The notes under the pieces were generated by a model, which made no database searches, was not told the DNA's origin, and saw only the letters and a program-made list of their open reading frames with translations. 64,000 bases of DNA from the NCBI GenBank assembly GCA_963847625.1, contig CAWKAR010000027.1:96001-160000 (forward strand). Direction: 5' to 3'. The number at the start of each line of letters is the position of its first letter. Position 1 is the stretch's first letter. This document shows positions 12,928 to 23,077 of this stretch, piece by piece. Made by a program: the position numbers and the translations under genes. Source of the stretch: a candidate division FCPU426 bacterium. Its GTDB lineage: Bacteria > Oederibacteriota > Muellerivitia > Muellerivitales > Muellerivitaceae.

Positions 12928-14067
12928 ATGAGAAGGTTGACCAAGCGGTTCAGTTTCCTAGCCTCGTTCGTTTTCGCGGGTACGCTGTCGCCGGTATTGG
13001 CACAAACGGCAATCACGCCATCCCCGACGCCCGCGGGCCCTACAGTCACGGTGGACGGCTTGGTGGATGCTTATTACAACTACAATTTCACCAATTCGGC
13101 GCACTCGTTGAACGGCCATGGGAACGGGCCCCTCTACTCCTTCAACCAAGCGGATAACTCCTATACCTTGGGGTTGGCCGAGGCTTCCTTGACGGCAACC
13201 CAGGGAACAGGCAGCGCCCATTTGACTTTGGCCTATGGGGAGACGGCGAGTCTCCTGGGCCAAGCCGCCACCGTGCTGGGCGGGGCCCCCGCGCCCGATC
13301 ATTTCTTCGTGGAGCAGGCTTACGTTTCCTATACGGCGGGCCTGTGGACGTTCAATATCGGGAAATTCGTCACTTGGATGAGTAATGAAGTGATCGAAAG
13401 CAAAAGCAACTGGAACTACAGCCGCTCCTTGCTTTACTACTATACCGGCATTTTCCACACGGGATTGAGCCTTGGATACGCCCCTTCCACGGTCTTTAGC
13501 GTCACCGGCTATGCGGTCAATGGCTGGAACAACGATTCCGCCGACAACATCGCGGGGGAAAAGACATATGGGTTACAGGCGTCCATCAAGCCGGATGCCG
13601 CTTGGAGCTTCGTTTTGAACGGCAGCGCCGGGCCCAACCCTTTTTCCGCCACGGATGGAAGCACGAACCTATTGGGGGAGGCCATCCTATCCTGCAACGC
13701 GACGGATAAGTTGTCCTTTGCCCTGGACTCTGAATACGACAGCCAGGCCCTGGCCCAGAAGGGCGCGATCGGAATTTTGGGCGTCGCCCTCTATGGCCGC
13801 TACCAGATTCAAGGCGACTGGGCCGCCGCCCTGCGGTTGGAAGAGTTGAGCGACGACCATGGCGGATCTCCGGCGGTCAGCTCGGAGGTTCGAGAAGCCA
13901 CTTTGACCCTCGAGCATAACCTGACCCCCAATACGCTATTGAGGTTGGAAGGCCGTTATGACTATGCTTTGGCCGGGGGTGCGATCCTGCCGGCCGGGTC
14001 CGGGCCCTATGCCGCCGGCGATCCCGACCAGCTTACGGGCACGTTTTCAACTGTGTTCAGCTTCTAG
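12928..14067 (+). CDS. Outer-membrane beta-barrel porin (DUF1597/BBP2-like, often amt-linked)
   Basis: AAGGAGG RBS, signal peptide, VDAYYNYNF, EVIES..NWNYSRS, C-terminal Phe. Confidence 0.75.
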   Translation: MRRLTKRFSFLASFVFAGTLSPVLAQTAITPSPTPAGPTVTVDGLVDAYYNYNFTNSAHSLNGHGNGPLYSFNQADNSYTLGLAEASLTATQGTGSAHLTLAYGETASLLGQAATVLGGAPAPDHFFVEQAYVSYTAGLWTFNIGKFVTWMSNEVIESKSNWNYSRSLLYYYTGIFHTGLSLGYAPSTVFSVTGYAVNGWNNDSADNIAGEKTYGLQASIKPDAAWSFVLNGSAGPNPFSATDGSTNLLGEAILSCNATDKLSFALDSEYDSQALAQKGAIGILGVALYGRYQIQGDWAAALRLEELSDDHGGSPAVSSEVREATLTLEHNLTPNTLLRLEGRYDYALAGGAILPAGSGPYAAGDPDQLTGTFSTVFSF

Positions 14068-14082
14068 GTTTTGGAGGGGGCC

Positions 14083-14445
14083 ATGATTAAAATCGAAGCC
14101 ATTATCCGCCCGGAAAAATTGGACGAGGTCCAGCGCAGGCTCCGGAGAATCGGTTATCCCGGCATGATGGTCACCGAAATGGAGGGACATGGCCGCCAGA
14201 AAGGCCTCCATTCAGGCTGGCCTGAGAGCCTGAGGGTGAATTTTTTGCCGAAAACCAAGATCGAGATCGTCGTCGGGAAAAAGCACGAAAAGAAAGTCGT
14301 GACGGCCATCATCGGAGGGGCCCGTACCGGGGAAATGGGGGACGGCAAGATCTTCCTGCTGGATGTCCGGGACGCCATCCGCATCCGCACCGGGGAGCGG
14401 GGAACGAAGGCCATTTCAATGCAAGAAAAACGCGTGAAGAAATAA
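14083..14445 (+). CDS. P-II nitrogen regulator (divergent T-loop)
   Basis: KIEAIIRP, GHGRQKG, LPKTKIEIVV, RTGEMGDGKIF, IRIRTGE. Confidence 0.9.
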   Translation: MIKIEAIIRPEKLDEVQRRLRRIGYPGMMVTEMEGHGRQKGLHSGWPESLRVNFLPKTKIEIVVGKKHEKKVVTAIIGGARTGEMGDGKIFLLDVRDAIRIRTGERGTKAISMQEKRVKK

Positions 14446-14549
14446 AGAATAAGGTTTAACTGGGAATTGGTTTTATAAATCCTTGGAAAGGTTTCTTTTT
14501 ATGGGGTGGTTTAGTACCATAAAGTTTCCACCCCTTATTGGAGGTAATC

Positions 14550-15002
14550 ATGGCTGAAACCTATCCGACCCCCTACGTCTTTGTTTATGACGTATTCCTC
14601 AAAGACGCCGTCAAGCACGTCAAAGTCGCCCCCTACATCAAGACCTGGGCGCGCGCCGAGATGCCCGGCAAGCTTTACCAGCTTCCCACGGGGCTTCCCA
14701 TCGTCGTGGAGGAGCCGGGCGGGACGGTTTACGGGGAAGTGATGACCTTCGAGAGAATGGACGAGGTGATGAAAATCATGGATGCCCAGGAGGGTTACCG
14801 GCCCGAGGCTCCGGCCATGAGCCGCCTGATCCGCGAGGTGAGGGAAGTGACGGTTTCCCCCTCGGGTGAAAAGGTGCAGGCCCTGGTTTACCTATTCCCC
14901 AAGGGAAAGTTCAACGCGAAGGATATGTTCGCGGTCCACGCCCATGGCGGGGACTGGCGGAAATTCGTCATGATGCCCCGGTTCGACGGGTACCAACATT
15001 AA
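14550..15002 (+). CDS. Gamma-glutamylcyclotransferase/AIG2-like protein
   Basis: VFVY, GKLY, VYGEV, MDAQEGY, ALVY, GDW pattern. Confidence 0.65.
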   Translation: MAETYPTPYVFVYDVFLKDAVKHVKVAPYIKTWARAEMPGKLYQLPTGLPIVVEEPGGTVYGEVMTFERMDEVMKIMDAQEGYRPEAPAMSRLIREVREVTVSPSGEKVQALVYLFPKGKFNAKDMFAVHAHGGDWRKFVMMPRFDGYQH

Positions 15003-15230
15003 AAAGATGCTTTAATCGTTTCGAAAAATAGTTTTGTCCCGCCTTTTCTTCCATTCTTACCAACCTGAAACGATTTTACGAAAGTTCGGTTGAAGTACCC
15101 TGGTATCCTAAAGAAACTTATAAATTAAATTTTAGTAAAAATATTTTTCCCCTCTTGCTATCAAAGCTTTAACCATCGTATATTTCTTGCACAATAAAAA
15201 TTTGCGCTGATGGCAAAGGGGAGGCCAGTC

Positions 15231-16502
15231 ATGCAAAACGAATTGTTATCCGGTTTTACGGCGGATTCACAAACGGCCAGGTCGTTCCAAATCCTGGCTG
15301 GGGAAAACGCCGCGGCTTTCTTCGATCCGCTTTTTTTGGTCCAAAAACAGGGGATTATCGGCCTGGAAGCGGTCTACCGGACCCTGGACCCCAGGCGCCT
15401 GGAGATGATCGATTCCAGCGACTTGTTTCTCAGCATGGGCGACCGGAATTTCCAGGCAAAGCTGGACTTGGACCGCCTCTTCCGCCGCAAGGGGTTGGAG
15501 GGCTTCAGCGCTTTCCAGTCCAAGAACCCCCGCCTGCTTCTTTTCCTGGATATCGAGCCCTCCATCCTGGAGGAAGGCACCGTGGGTTCCGGTTACCTCC
15601 TCCAGCAAGTCAAAGAGTTGGGGTTGGACCCCCAGCAGGTAGTGGTGCAAATCCCCCTTTCCCAAAACTTGGACCCGAAACTCGTCCAGAGGTTCGTCCT
15701 GCTCCAACGGGAACATCAATTCCTGGTTTCCCTCAAGGACATCGAAGATGGTTCCTTGCACCAGGAATACCTGCTCCGTTTCAACCCCGATCTCGTGAAG
15801 CTGGAAGAGGGTTTGGTGCGGGGCTTGGCCCGCAATTCCGGAATACGGGCGAAATTCATGGAAGCGGTAAGGCTGGCGCACGAATTGAGGATTGTCGTCG
15901 TGGCGGGTGGGCTGGACAACGAAGAGGACGCGCTGGCGGCCTTAGAGTTGGGTGCAGACCTGCTCCAGGGAAAATATTTCACCCGGAGGGATAAGAGCGG
16001 CTCCGATTCCACCCTGGGCCTGAAGGCCCGGATTTCTTTCCTGGCCCACCGCTTCCGCCGCCGCTTGGAGGCGAAAGCCAACCAAACCTGGGGGTTGAAA
16101 AACCGCTGCAAGCAAATCGCTGATTTCATCTTCACGAGGCTCCAGGACGTCCCGGCCTCAGCCATGGAGAAGGAATTCCAGCTGGTCTTGGGCGAATATC
16201 CCGCCCTGGAGTGCCTATACATGCTGGACAGCGGAGGCATCCAGGTCAGCGAGACCGTCTGCAGCCCGTACCACATCCCGGAACGCAAGAGGTTCCTTTT
16301 CCAACCAGCCCCCAAGGGCACCGACCACTCGCTGGAGGAGCATTTCTACGCTCTTTCCGACACCCGGCCCAGCAACGTGACCGAACCCTATCTTTCCATG
16401 AACTCCGGCCACCTTTGCGTGACTATTTCCAAGATGTTCCTGGACCCGGCCCTCGGCGGGGTTTACCACCTCTGCGCGGACTTGAACCTGTCAAAGATTT
16501 AA
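15231..16502 (+). CDS. Degenerate EAL-domain protein with YkuI-like C-terminal domain
   Basis: GLEAVYR, PDLVKL, DLLQGKYF; C-terminal YMLDSGGIQVS...TEPYLSMNSGHLCVT. Confidence 0.75.
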   Translation: MQNELLSGFTADSQTARSFQILAGENAAAFFDPLFLVQKQGIIGLEAVYRTLDPRRLEMIDSSDLFLSMGDRNFQAKLDLDRLFRRKGLEGFSAFQSKNPRLLLFLDIEPSILEEGTVGSGYLLQQVKELGLDPQQVVVQIPLSQNLDPKLVQRFVLLQREHQFLVSLKDIEDGSLHQEYLLRFNPDLVKLEEGLVRGLARNSGIRAKFMEAVRLAHELRIVVVAGGLDNEEDALAALELGADLLQGKYFTRRDKSGSDSTLGLKARISFLAHRFRRRLEAKANQTWGLKNRCKQIADFIFTRLQDVPASAMEKEFQLVLGEYPALECLYMLDSGGIQVSETVCSPYHIPERKRFLFQPAPKGTDHSLEEHFYALSDTRPSNVTEPYLSMNSGHLCVTISKMFLDPALGGVYHLCADLNLSKI

Positions 16503-16692
16503 GAGGGTTTCGACAGGAATACGAAATTCGGGGTCAGACCCTGGTTTGCCTTTTTCATTGGAAAACAGCCGCTTTCTTACAAACGGACCCACGTTGGAAT
16601 GCAACTATTGCGGGATCAAAGACGTCCAAATAACAGTATCGGGCGTTCCTCGAAGGGGAGCCGGATGAAGTAAATTTTAAATGGAGGGTTTC

Positions 16693-17004
16693 ATGATCTT
16701 GAAAAGTCATTTGCGGAAATTAGCGTTGGGGGTGGGAATACTCGGCTTGCTGGCCATGCCGATGACGTTGAGAGCTGCCGGCTTTGACCTGACCGTCAAT
16801 ATTGGGGTGGATGACCAGGCCCATTATGATTTTAAAGCCGGGGCGAGAAGCCACCACCCCATGATTTGGAAAGCCGCCCATCAACTGCAGGCGGCGAAGC
16901 ACACGCTATGGAAGGCGGCCACCGATTTCAACGGCCATAAGGCGGACGCGATCCAGGCCATTAACGCGGCCTTAGACCAATTGCGGATTTGCGAATCCAA
17001 ATAA
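16693..17004 (+). CDS. Small secreted helical protein
   Basis: GGAGG RBS, signal peptide, DFNGHKADAIQAI motif. Confidence 0.6.
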   Translation: MILKSHLRKLALGVGILGLLAMPMTLRAAGFDLTVNIGVDDQAHYDFKAGARSHHPMIWKAAHQLQAAKHTLWKAATDFNGHKADAIQAINAALDQLRICESK

Positions 17005-17019
17005 CTAATTTAAAATCTC

Positions 17020-17051
17020 AAAAAGCCGCTGGAAATTCCGGCGGCTTTTTT
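17020..17051. terminator. Bidirectional intrinsic terminator
   Basis: AAAAAGCCGCTGGAAATTCCGGCGGCTTTTTT between convergent genes. Confidence 0.85.
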
Positions 17052-17119
17052 ATTTTTGCCGCTGGAGCCCGAACGCCCGCATTACCCCCGTTTTGCGGGC
17101 CGGTCAAATTAATATGAGT

Positions 17120-17653
17120 TTATTTTTTCCCCGAGCGCAAACGGATGGTTTTTCCGTCCACCCTGAAAACACCCCAGCCTTGATGGTGGATCGTTTTCGG
17201 GTTTTTCCTGGAGGGATCGACCCATGCCTTGACGACCTCAAGAACAAAGAAATTGTATTTGTCCGCCATACTCCCGTCGACGAGCTTGCATTCAAGGTTC
17301 GCGTAGCATTCATCGATGATCGGCGCCTTAAGGAAAGAGGCGGGCGACTGGGAAAGGCGGAATTTCTTGAACTTGTCGGCACGGCGCCCGGAGGTGTTCC
17401 CGCAGCCCACCACCTTCGCCGCCATCTCCACCGTCGGTATGTTGATGACGCATTCCCCGGTCGCTTTCAACAGCCCAAAAGTATGGTTCCGGCTGCTGAT
17501 CACGCAGCCGACCAGGGGCGGTACGAATTCGATCATGGTATGCCATGACAGGGTCATGATATTCGGACGGCCGTCCAGGGCTGTCGTGACCAGCACGACA
17601 GGCCCAGGCTCAAGAAGGCCATAGACCCGCGATAAAGGAAATGACTTTTTCAT
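17120..17653 (-). CDS. Flavin reductase-like family protein
   Basis: LLEPGPVVLVTT, NIMTLSW, ECVINIP, CGNTSGR..DKF, APIIDECYANLEC. Confidence 0.85.
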   Translation of the reverse strand: MKKSFPLSRVYGLLEPGPVVLVTTALDGRPNIMTLSWHTMIEFVPPLVGCVISSRNHTFGLLKATGECVINIPTVEMAAKVVGCGNTSGRRADKFKKFRLSQSPASFLKAPIIDECYANLECKLVDGSMADKYNFFVLEVVKAWVDPSRKNPKTIHHQGWGVFRVDGKTIRLRSGKK

Positions 17654-17809
17654 CCGGAAACCCTTCTTCATGTACACGGGAAATTCGGGGCCAGGATAAT
17701 ATTCAACACTTAAAGCAATTCCGCGTGAAACCCCATCATATCCCGATATTCGTTCCCACGATAAAGCTTTGGGTGTCCAGGTTCACCCGGCTCGATAAAC
17801 GTACCCATC

Positions 17810-18892
17810 TTACTTAGAGGGTTTTTTCGCCTTTGATTTGTTTGAAAGGGTGGAAACCCATGTGGAGGCCAATTGCTCGAGGGTGAAATTTTTGGCCCAT
17901 TTGAAACCGCTTTCGATTTCATTCTTGGAAAAATGGGCCTCCAAGGATTCCAACAGGGACGCCATGCGGTCCTTGGTTTGCCGGCGGCAGGTGGGGTGGG
18001 AGATGGCGATCATTAAAAGCCCGATGGCCTTGCTGTCCTCGCCCCGGCCCTTCAACAGGCGGGCCAGGCTGGTCAGGACGTCGGTCAAGAGCGGCTTGCA
18101 TTGGGTGGGGATCACCAGCCGGGCGGCCTCTAGGAAATATTGTTCCGCCGTCGCGTAATCATTCTGCTCGCAAGCGATCTCGGTTAAATGGGTGAGGGCC
18201 GCCACTTCCCCCAAAACGTCCTTCAGGAATTTGAATATTTTCAGGGCCCCCAGGAATCCCTCGCGCGCCGGCATAAAATGTCCTCGAAAAAGCTCAACGG
18301 CCGCCAGGTGGTACCCGTTCCAAGCCTCGCCTTCCGGGCTTTCCCCCAGTTCCCGCGCCATGGCATACGCATCTCGATGGCATTTTTCCGCATCCTGGTC
18401 CCGGCCTTGGGCCAAGTTGAGATTGCCCATCAGGTCCATCACCCAGGCCTGGCCCGGCACATCCTTTTTCTCCTGGAAGCTCCGGTAGGCTTCCAACAAA
18501 AGTTTCTTGGCGCCCGGATAGTCCCCCTGGGCCCAGGCCACGTTGCCCAAAAAGGCCTTGCAGCGCGCGGCGCCAAGGCGGTCATTCAATTGGGAGAAGA
18601 GGCCCAGGCTTTCCCGGTAGGTTTCCCGGGCGCGGTCATAATCTCCCATGAGTTCCACCGCCCTTGCCAACTTCAGGAGGCAAAGGGCGGTCCCGGGGAT
18701 ATCCGAGGCCGACTGATAACTTTTCAAGGCCATCTCTAAATAGGCCCGGGAAGGGCCCAGTTGGGCTGCGGCGAGGCAGGCTTCACCCCGTTTATATTGG
18801 GTGTCCCCTTTGCTATTCAGGCCCCGAACGGCCTTTTTAGGTTTTTGGCTCGATTTACGCAACAACAGCCTCCCATTAATCCAGGAGATCAA
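17810..18892 (-). CDS. Tetratricopeptide-repeat protein
   Basis: Repeated A...LG.......GDY..A helical motifs. Confidence 0.75.
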   Translation of the reverse strand: MISWINGRLLLRKSSQKPKKAVRGLNSKGDTQYKRGEACLAAAQLGPSRAYLEMALKSYQSASDIPGTALCLLKLARAVELMGDYDRARETYRESLGLFSQLNDRLGAARCKAFLGNVAWAQGDYPGAKKLLLEAYRSFQEKKDVPGQAWVMDLMGNLNLAQGRDQDAEKCHRDAYAMARELGESPEGEAWNGYHLAAVELFRGHFMPAREGFLGALKIFKFLKDVLGEVAALTHLTEIACEQNDYATAEQYFLEAARLVIPTQCKPLLTDVLTSLARLLKGRGEDSKAIGLLMIAISHPTCRRQTKDRMASLLESLEAHFSKNEIESGFKWAKNFTLEQLASTWVSTLSNKSKAKKPSK

Positions 18893-19254
18893 CCGAATTT
18901 CCCGAAATGGTTCTTCCTGAATACTCCTTCGGAAACCGTATTACATAAATTATATCACTCCCCAGTTTTGTATCTGGTTTCCTCCGGAAACCGGGGTCAA
19001 AAAATCATCACTGAAGGGACATAAACAAATAAATTCACCACAGGGACCCAGGGACACAACAAGGCAAGGCCAAAAAATAACAGGGGTTTAAGGATAAAAT
19101 GCCATCGCTGAAGGGACACGAACAAAATCCGGTTCACCACATGCCGGCCTTCTTTTATACATTTAAAGAGGGGATGGATTTGCCGTTCCAGGGGGTATCA
19201 ATATGTATTTTTATAAAGATTTATGGAATTCCATGGAATGTTAGAATGTCGGTT

Positions 19255-19329
19255 ATGACAGCCCCAAAAGAAATCCCCGGCCTTGTTGAACAGTTCAAAC
19301 GCAACCCGGGAGAATACAAATCCGGCAAG
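19255..19329 (+). pseudogene. N-terminal remnant of an Eco57I/type IIG-like restriction-modification gene
   Basis: MTAPKEIPGLVEQFKRNPGEYKSGK resembles the start of such enzymes, then similarity stops; TGnTAGAAT lies 7 nt upstream of the ATG. Confidence 0.4.
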
Positions 19330-20581
19330 AATTCTTTTTCAGTAATGCTGTTTCCGGGGGTTGATTCCTAATGTCCGCGAGGGGTTTCCTGAAAAGACTC
19401 AAGAACGGAGAATGACATGGGCCCAATTTTTCCTTGTTTATTCCGCGGCAATTATTTTCAAAGGTTGATCAAGTTTTCCGTCGAGACTAATTTTTTCGCG
19501 TGGTTTCTTCTGGGGTATTTCATTTCATTTTTTTTCTATTTCATACGCCCCATTTTCTTGAATCCTTTCCACTTTATGCAAATTTACCAATACGTTCCTG
19601 TCCAAAAACCCATCGGCATGGATTTGCGCTTGACTCTCCAGGACGGCCAAACCTTGTTCATGTCCGGAAAATATTCCGCAGCGCCATTTCCCCCGCTCGC
19701 TTTCCTGTTGTTTTCACCCCTTCTCATTTTGGATTTTTTCAACGCCTATAAACTCGTGGCCGCCATCACTCTCTTAGGATACCTTTACGCGACCATACTC
19801 TTCCCGATGCAGGTATCAAGCGTGAAAAAACCAACGGCTTTATCGGCATTTATCCTCGCCACGGGTTTATGCTTATACGGTTTACATTTCGAGCTGGAGA
19901 GGGGGCAATTCAACGTAATAGCCTTCTTTTTTTGTTTCATGGCCATTTGGATATTCCACCAATTCCCCAAATACAGGAAATGGGCGTATTTCTTTTTTTC
20001 GTTATCCGTTCAGATAAAGCTTTCCCCACTTATCTTACTTCCGATGTTTATACGAAACAGGGAGGGTTTGCGTTCCAATGCCGTGAGGCTTTTCAAACTT
20101 GTCCTGGCGAACATCAGCCTTTTTTTTATAATGGGCCCGACCGTCTTTGTTAATTTCATAAACAAGTTGAGAAATCAGATTTCATACCCGTATTTATGGG
20201 ACGGTGACCATTCGATCAAGTCGTATGTAGCCCGTATTTCCGAAAAAGCGAATGAAGGCGCCAATTCCGTTATGATGACCCGGTTTTGGGGAATGAAAAT
20301 TGATTCCTCGTACATCGAATTTATATTGACCGCGTTTGTCCTCGGGTGCATCGCGTTCATCGCGTGGCGCGCGTATCGGGAGAAATCAAACGGTATGAAC
20401 CATCATTTATTGCTCGCCTGCACCCTAGCCGCCTTTCTTCTCCCTTCGGCCAGCGAGGATTACAAGCTTCCGATACTCGCCGGGCCCATCATCCTGGTCT
20501 TTCAGAAATATTTTTCCCTTAAAAAAATGAACCATCGCGCGTTTCTAATGATTAGTTTTCTCGTGCTCTTATTTTCATATG

Positions 20582-21636
20582 GCCGAATTCACGGAGTAAG
20601 TGCAACACTTCGCCGGAAGACTTCCGCCGGAGTTTTAAAGCCCAAACATTTCCTGGGTCTGTTATTGAGCCATCTTTCTATGGCCCTGAATTTTTTGAAG
20701 GACACTTTAGCAAGATCAGTCTTTTTAGGCAAATGGCGGCGGACAAGACCGATAGTATTTTCCACAGTACCTTTTTCCCAACTGTGGAAAGGGGCGCAGA
20801 AAAAGGATTTTGTACCAAGCACGTGGTTGGTTTCCAAGTGGTTGGTGTTTTCGGTTCCGTTGTCATAGGTCAGACTCAAGCGGGCGTCTTGAGGGAAGCG
20901 GCATAAAGCGCGGTTGAGGCTATGACTCATTTGGCGAGCGGTCTTTCGTTTGAGCTTTCCCAACTTGGAAAAACGGCTTTGACGCTCGACGAGAGCCCGC
21001 ATAGCCACTTTACTCTGACGAGAGACCATGGTGTCGGTTTCCCAATGGCCGAATTGCTTGCGTTGATTGGCGATCTCGGAGCGCTTATCGATGGAAACAC
21101 GGCCTGGGATATGGTTTTTGGCGTGCTTACGGCTGTGGCCAAATGAGAATCGTCGCCGGTGGTGTCGAACTAGGCAAGGAATCAGCTCAGTGGCTTCAGC
21201 GTAAACCCACTGATAGATAGCTTCAGGACCAATGGTTTGCTTAGGCCGTAGGTGACCTAATCGACCTGAAATGAGTTCTGGAGACCAGCCTCGTTTCAAT
21301 TGACGACGGACGTAGGCACGAATTCGTTTTGTTTTCAGGCGTAAACGGCGTGCTCGTTGTTGGTTGCGGTCAACATACCGTTGATGGGCTCGATGAGAAA
21401 GATAATAACCAGAACGGATAGGGGGAGCATTGCGCTTGAGTTCCCTGGAGAGGGTGGAAGGAGACCTCTTCAAGGCGCGTGAAATTGCTCGAAGGCTAAG
21501 ACCCTTTCCTTTCAAGACGGATAAATGATCTCTTTCTTCAACGCTTAAATGCTTGTATTTCTTTTTCATAGCCGCATATCCTATTCATGCGGCCTTCTTC
21601 AGACACTAAGTGTTGCACTTACTTATGGAACTCGGG
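20582..21636 (-). mobile_element. IS30-family insertion sequence
   Basis: Imperfect TIRs GCCGAATTC..AGTAAGTGCAACACTT / CCCGAGTTC..AGTAAGTGCAACACTT; 3-bp TSD ATG. Confidence 0.92.
20589..21569 (-). CDS. IS30-family transposase
   Basis: HTH LSRELKRN, GHWETDT, TYDNGTE, SWEKGTVEN, NNRPRKCLGFKTP. Confidence 0.95.
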   Translation of the reverse strand: MKKKYKHLSVEERDHLSVLKGKGLSLRAISRALKRSPSTLSRELKRNAPPIRSGYYLSHRAHQRYVDRNQQRARRLRLKTKRIRAYVRRQLKRGWSPELISGRLGHLRPKQTIGPEAIYQWVYAEATELIPCLVRHHRRRFSFGHSRKHAKNHIPGRVSIDKRSEIANQRKQFGHWETDTMVSRQSKVAMRALVERQSRFSKLGKLKRKTARQMSHSLNRALCRFPQDARLSLTYDNGTENTNHLETNHVLGTKSFFCAPFHSWEKGTVENTIGLVRRHLPKKTDLAKVSFKKFRAIERWLNNRPRKCLGFKTPAEVFRRSVALTP

Positions 21637-21914
21637 ATGCGTATTCCTCGACCCTTTTCTCATTTACCAACAAACCCTATCTCGTGCGCAGTAATTTTCC
21701 AGCATTGATGGTCATGCTGGCTGTTACCACCGCTTTATACCTTGTCCCTAACATCAAAGACTCCTATGCCGAAAGTGTATAATGACTGATATGGGCGGCA
21801 TAGTAAGATTCGGGTTTTGGCGCGAGATATTGAGGTGGGCCTAAAATGTAATATGTTAGGCTAGGCCCTTTTGTTTTTCTAAGTGACGAATGATAGCTTG
21901 ACCCAATTTTTTCA

Positions 21915-22225
21915 GGGTTCCCGAGTTCCGGAGGTTCCCGGGTTCCGGAGTTCCCGGGCCTGTCCCGAAGGGCTCACCACAGGCTCTGTCGAAGGATTCC
22001 CGCAGTTCGTCTGGCTTACCGCTCTTACCGGCTTACCGGGCTTACCGACTTACCGCCCTTACCAGTTTACTGGCTTACCGCCTGGCTTACTGACTTACCG
22101 GCTTACCGCCCTTACCGACTTACTGGCTTACCGCCTTACCGGGCTTACCGCTCTTACCACGAACCCAGTGCAGAAAGCCCGGAACCCAGTGCTGGGGGCC
22201 GCGAACCCAGTTCCAAGAGCTGGGT
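21915..22225. repeat. Degenerate short tandem repeats (GTTCCCG, CTTACCG/CTTACTG, GAACCCAGT)
   Basis: Many 7-9-bp CTTACC(G) units at about 22013-22158. Confidence 0.8.
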
Positions 22226-22230
22226 AACCT

Positions 22231-22660
22231 GGGATAACCCAGCGGCATAGGAGATAATCCAGCGGCATTCGAGGGATAACCCAGCGGCATAGGAGATAAT
22301 CCAGCGGCATTCGAGGGTTAACCCAGCGGCATAGGAGATAATCCAGCGGCATTTGAGGGTTAACCCAGCGGCATGGGGGGATAACCCAGCGGCATGGGAG
22401 ATAATCCAGCGGCATTAGGGGGATAACCCAGCGGCATGGGAGATAATCCAGCGGCATTAGGGGATAACCCGGCGGCATGGGAGATAATCCAGCGGCATTT
22501 AGGGGATAACCCAGCGGCATGGGAGATAATCCAGCGGCATTCGAGGGTTAACCCAGCGGCATAGGGGGATAATCCAGCGGCATTAGGGGGATAACCCAGC
22601 GGCATGGGCCGGAGGTCCGTAGGCACAGGCCGGTAATCCTGTAGGCACAGGCCGGGGGTC
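22231..22660. repeat. 20-22-bp tandem repeat array (core (A/T)TAAYCCAGCGGCAT, 18 copies)
   Basis: Alternating AACCC/AATCC variants give a ~42-bp higher-order period; followed by two copies of GTAGGCACAGGCCGG. Confidence 0.9.
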
Positions 22661-22869
22661 CTGGAAAGCCTGCTGATGTTCCCGTTTTCATAGGCCAACC
22701 AAGTCATGTAAAAATGGGGTTTCAAATCCCCGGGCAACAGGCCCCTTTTCCAAAGGGAGGCCAAAACCCTCAGGCCCAATAGATGGTTACGCCCCGACCG
22801 GGCCGCTTTTAGGATCCTCGGATCGCTGGGCATATTTTGCCGTCTTGTTTTATGGGTTTTAGGTTTCAT
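22360..22869 (-). pseudogene. Possible small DNA-binding protein gene whose 3' end runs into the repeat array
   Basis: GAGG RBS; ENGNISRLSR resembles the start of a Fis-type HTH, followed by repeat-derived sequence. Confidence 0.3.
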
Positions 22870-23077
22870 AAATCACGCCTCATTTTTTCTTTTTAAAACC
22901 CCCTTGATGAGGGTAAGGGTATTCACGGGTTATTCCAAGCGAAAATCCGGGGTTGGGCGCCAAGCGCCCCATGGCTGTTTTATCCCGGTGGTCTCTTTCC
23001 GCGAACATATGTGATAGACTAAAAAAAATCACGAATTTTTCGGGGGTTCACCCATTAAAAATCTCTCGTTTTTTTTC

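Larger units (their letters stand above)
19417..21782 (+). pseudogene. GT87/DUF2029-like membrane glycosyltransferase interrupted near its 3' end by IS30
   Basis: PFPPLAFLLF, ELERGQFN, QIKLSP motifs; removing the IS and one ATG copy restores ...LFSY-AYSSTLF...AESV* in frame. Confidence 0.75.

Noticed and set aside
20582..20868. C-terminal part of ORF 19417-20868 as native protein
   Set aside because: It is read-through into the IS30 antisense strand
21883..22520. Proteins encoded by the repeat field
   Set aside because: Low-complexity ORFs whose units do not preserve frame
22231..22607. CRISPR array
   Set aside because: The intervening sequences are only 5-7 nt and repetitive; there are no unique spacers and no cas genes
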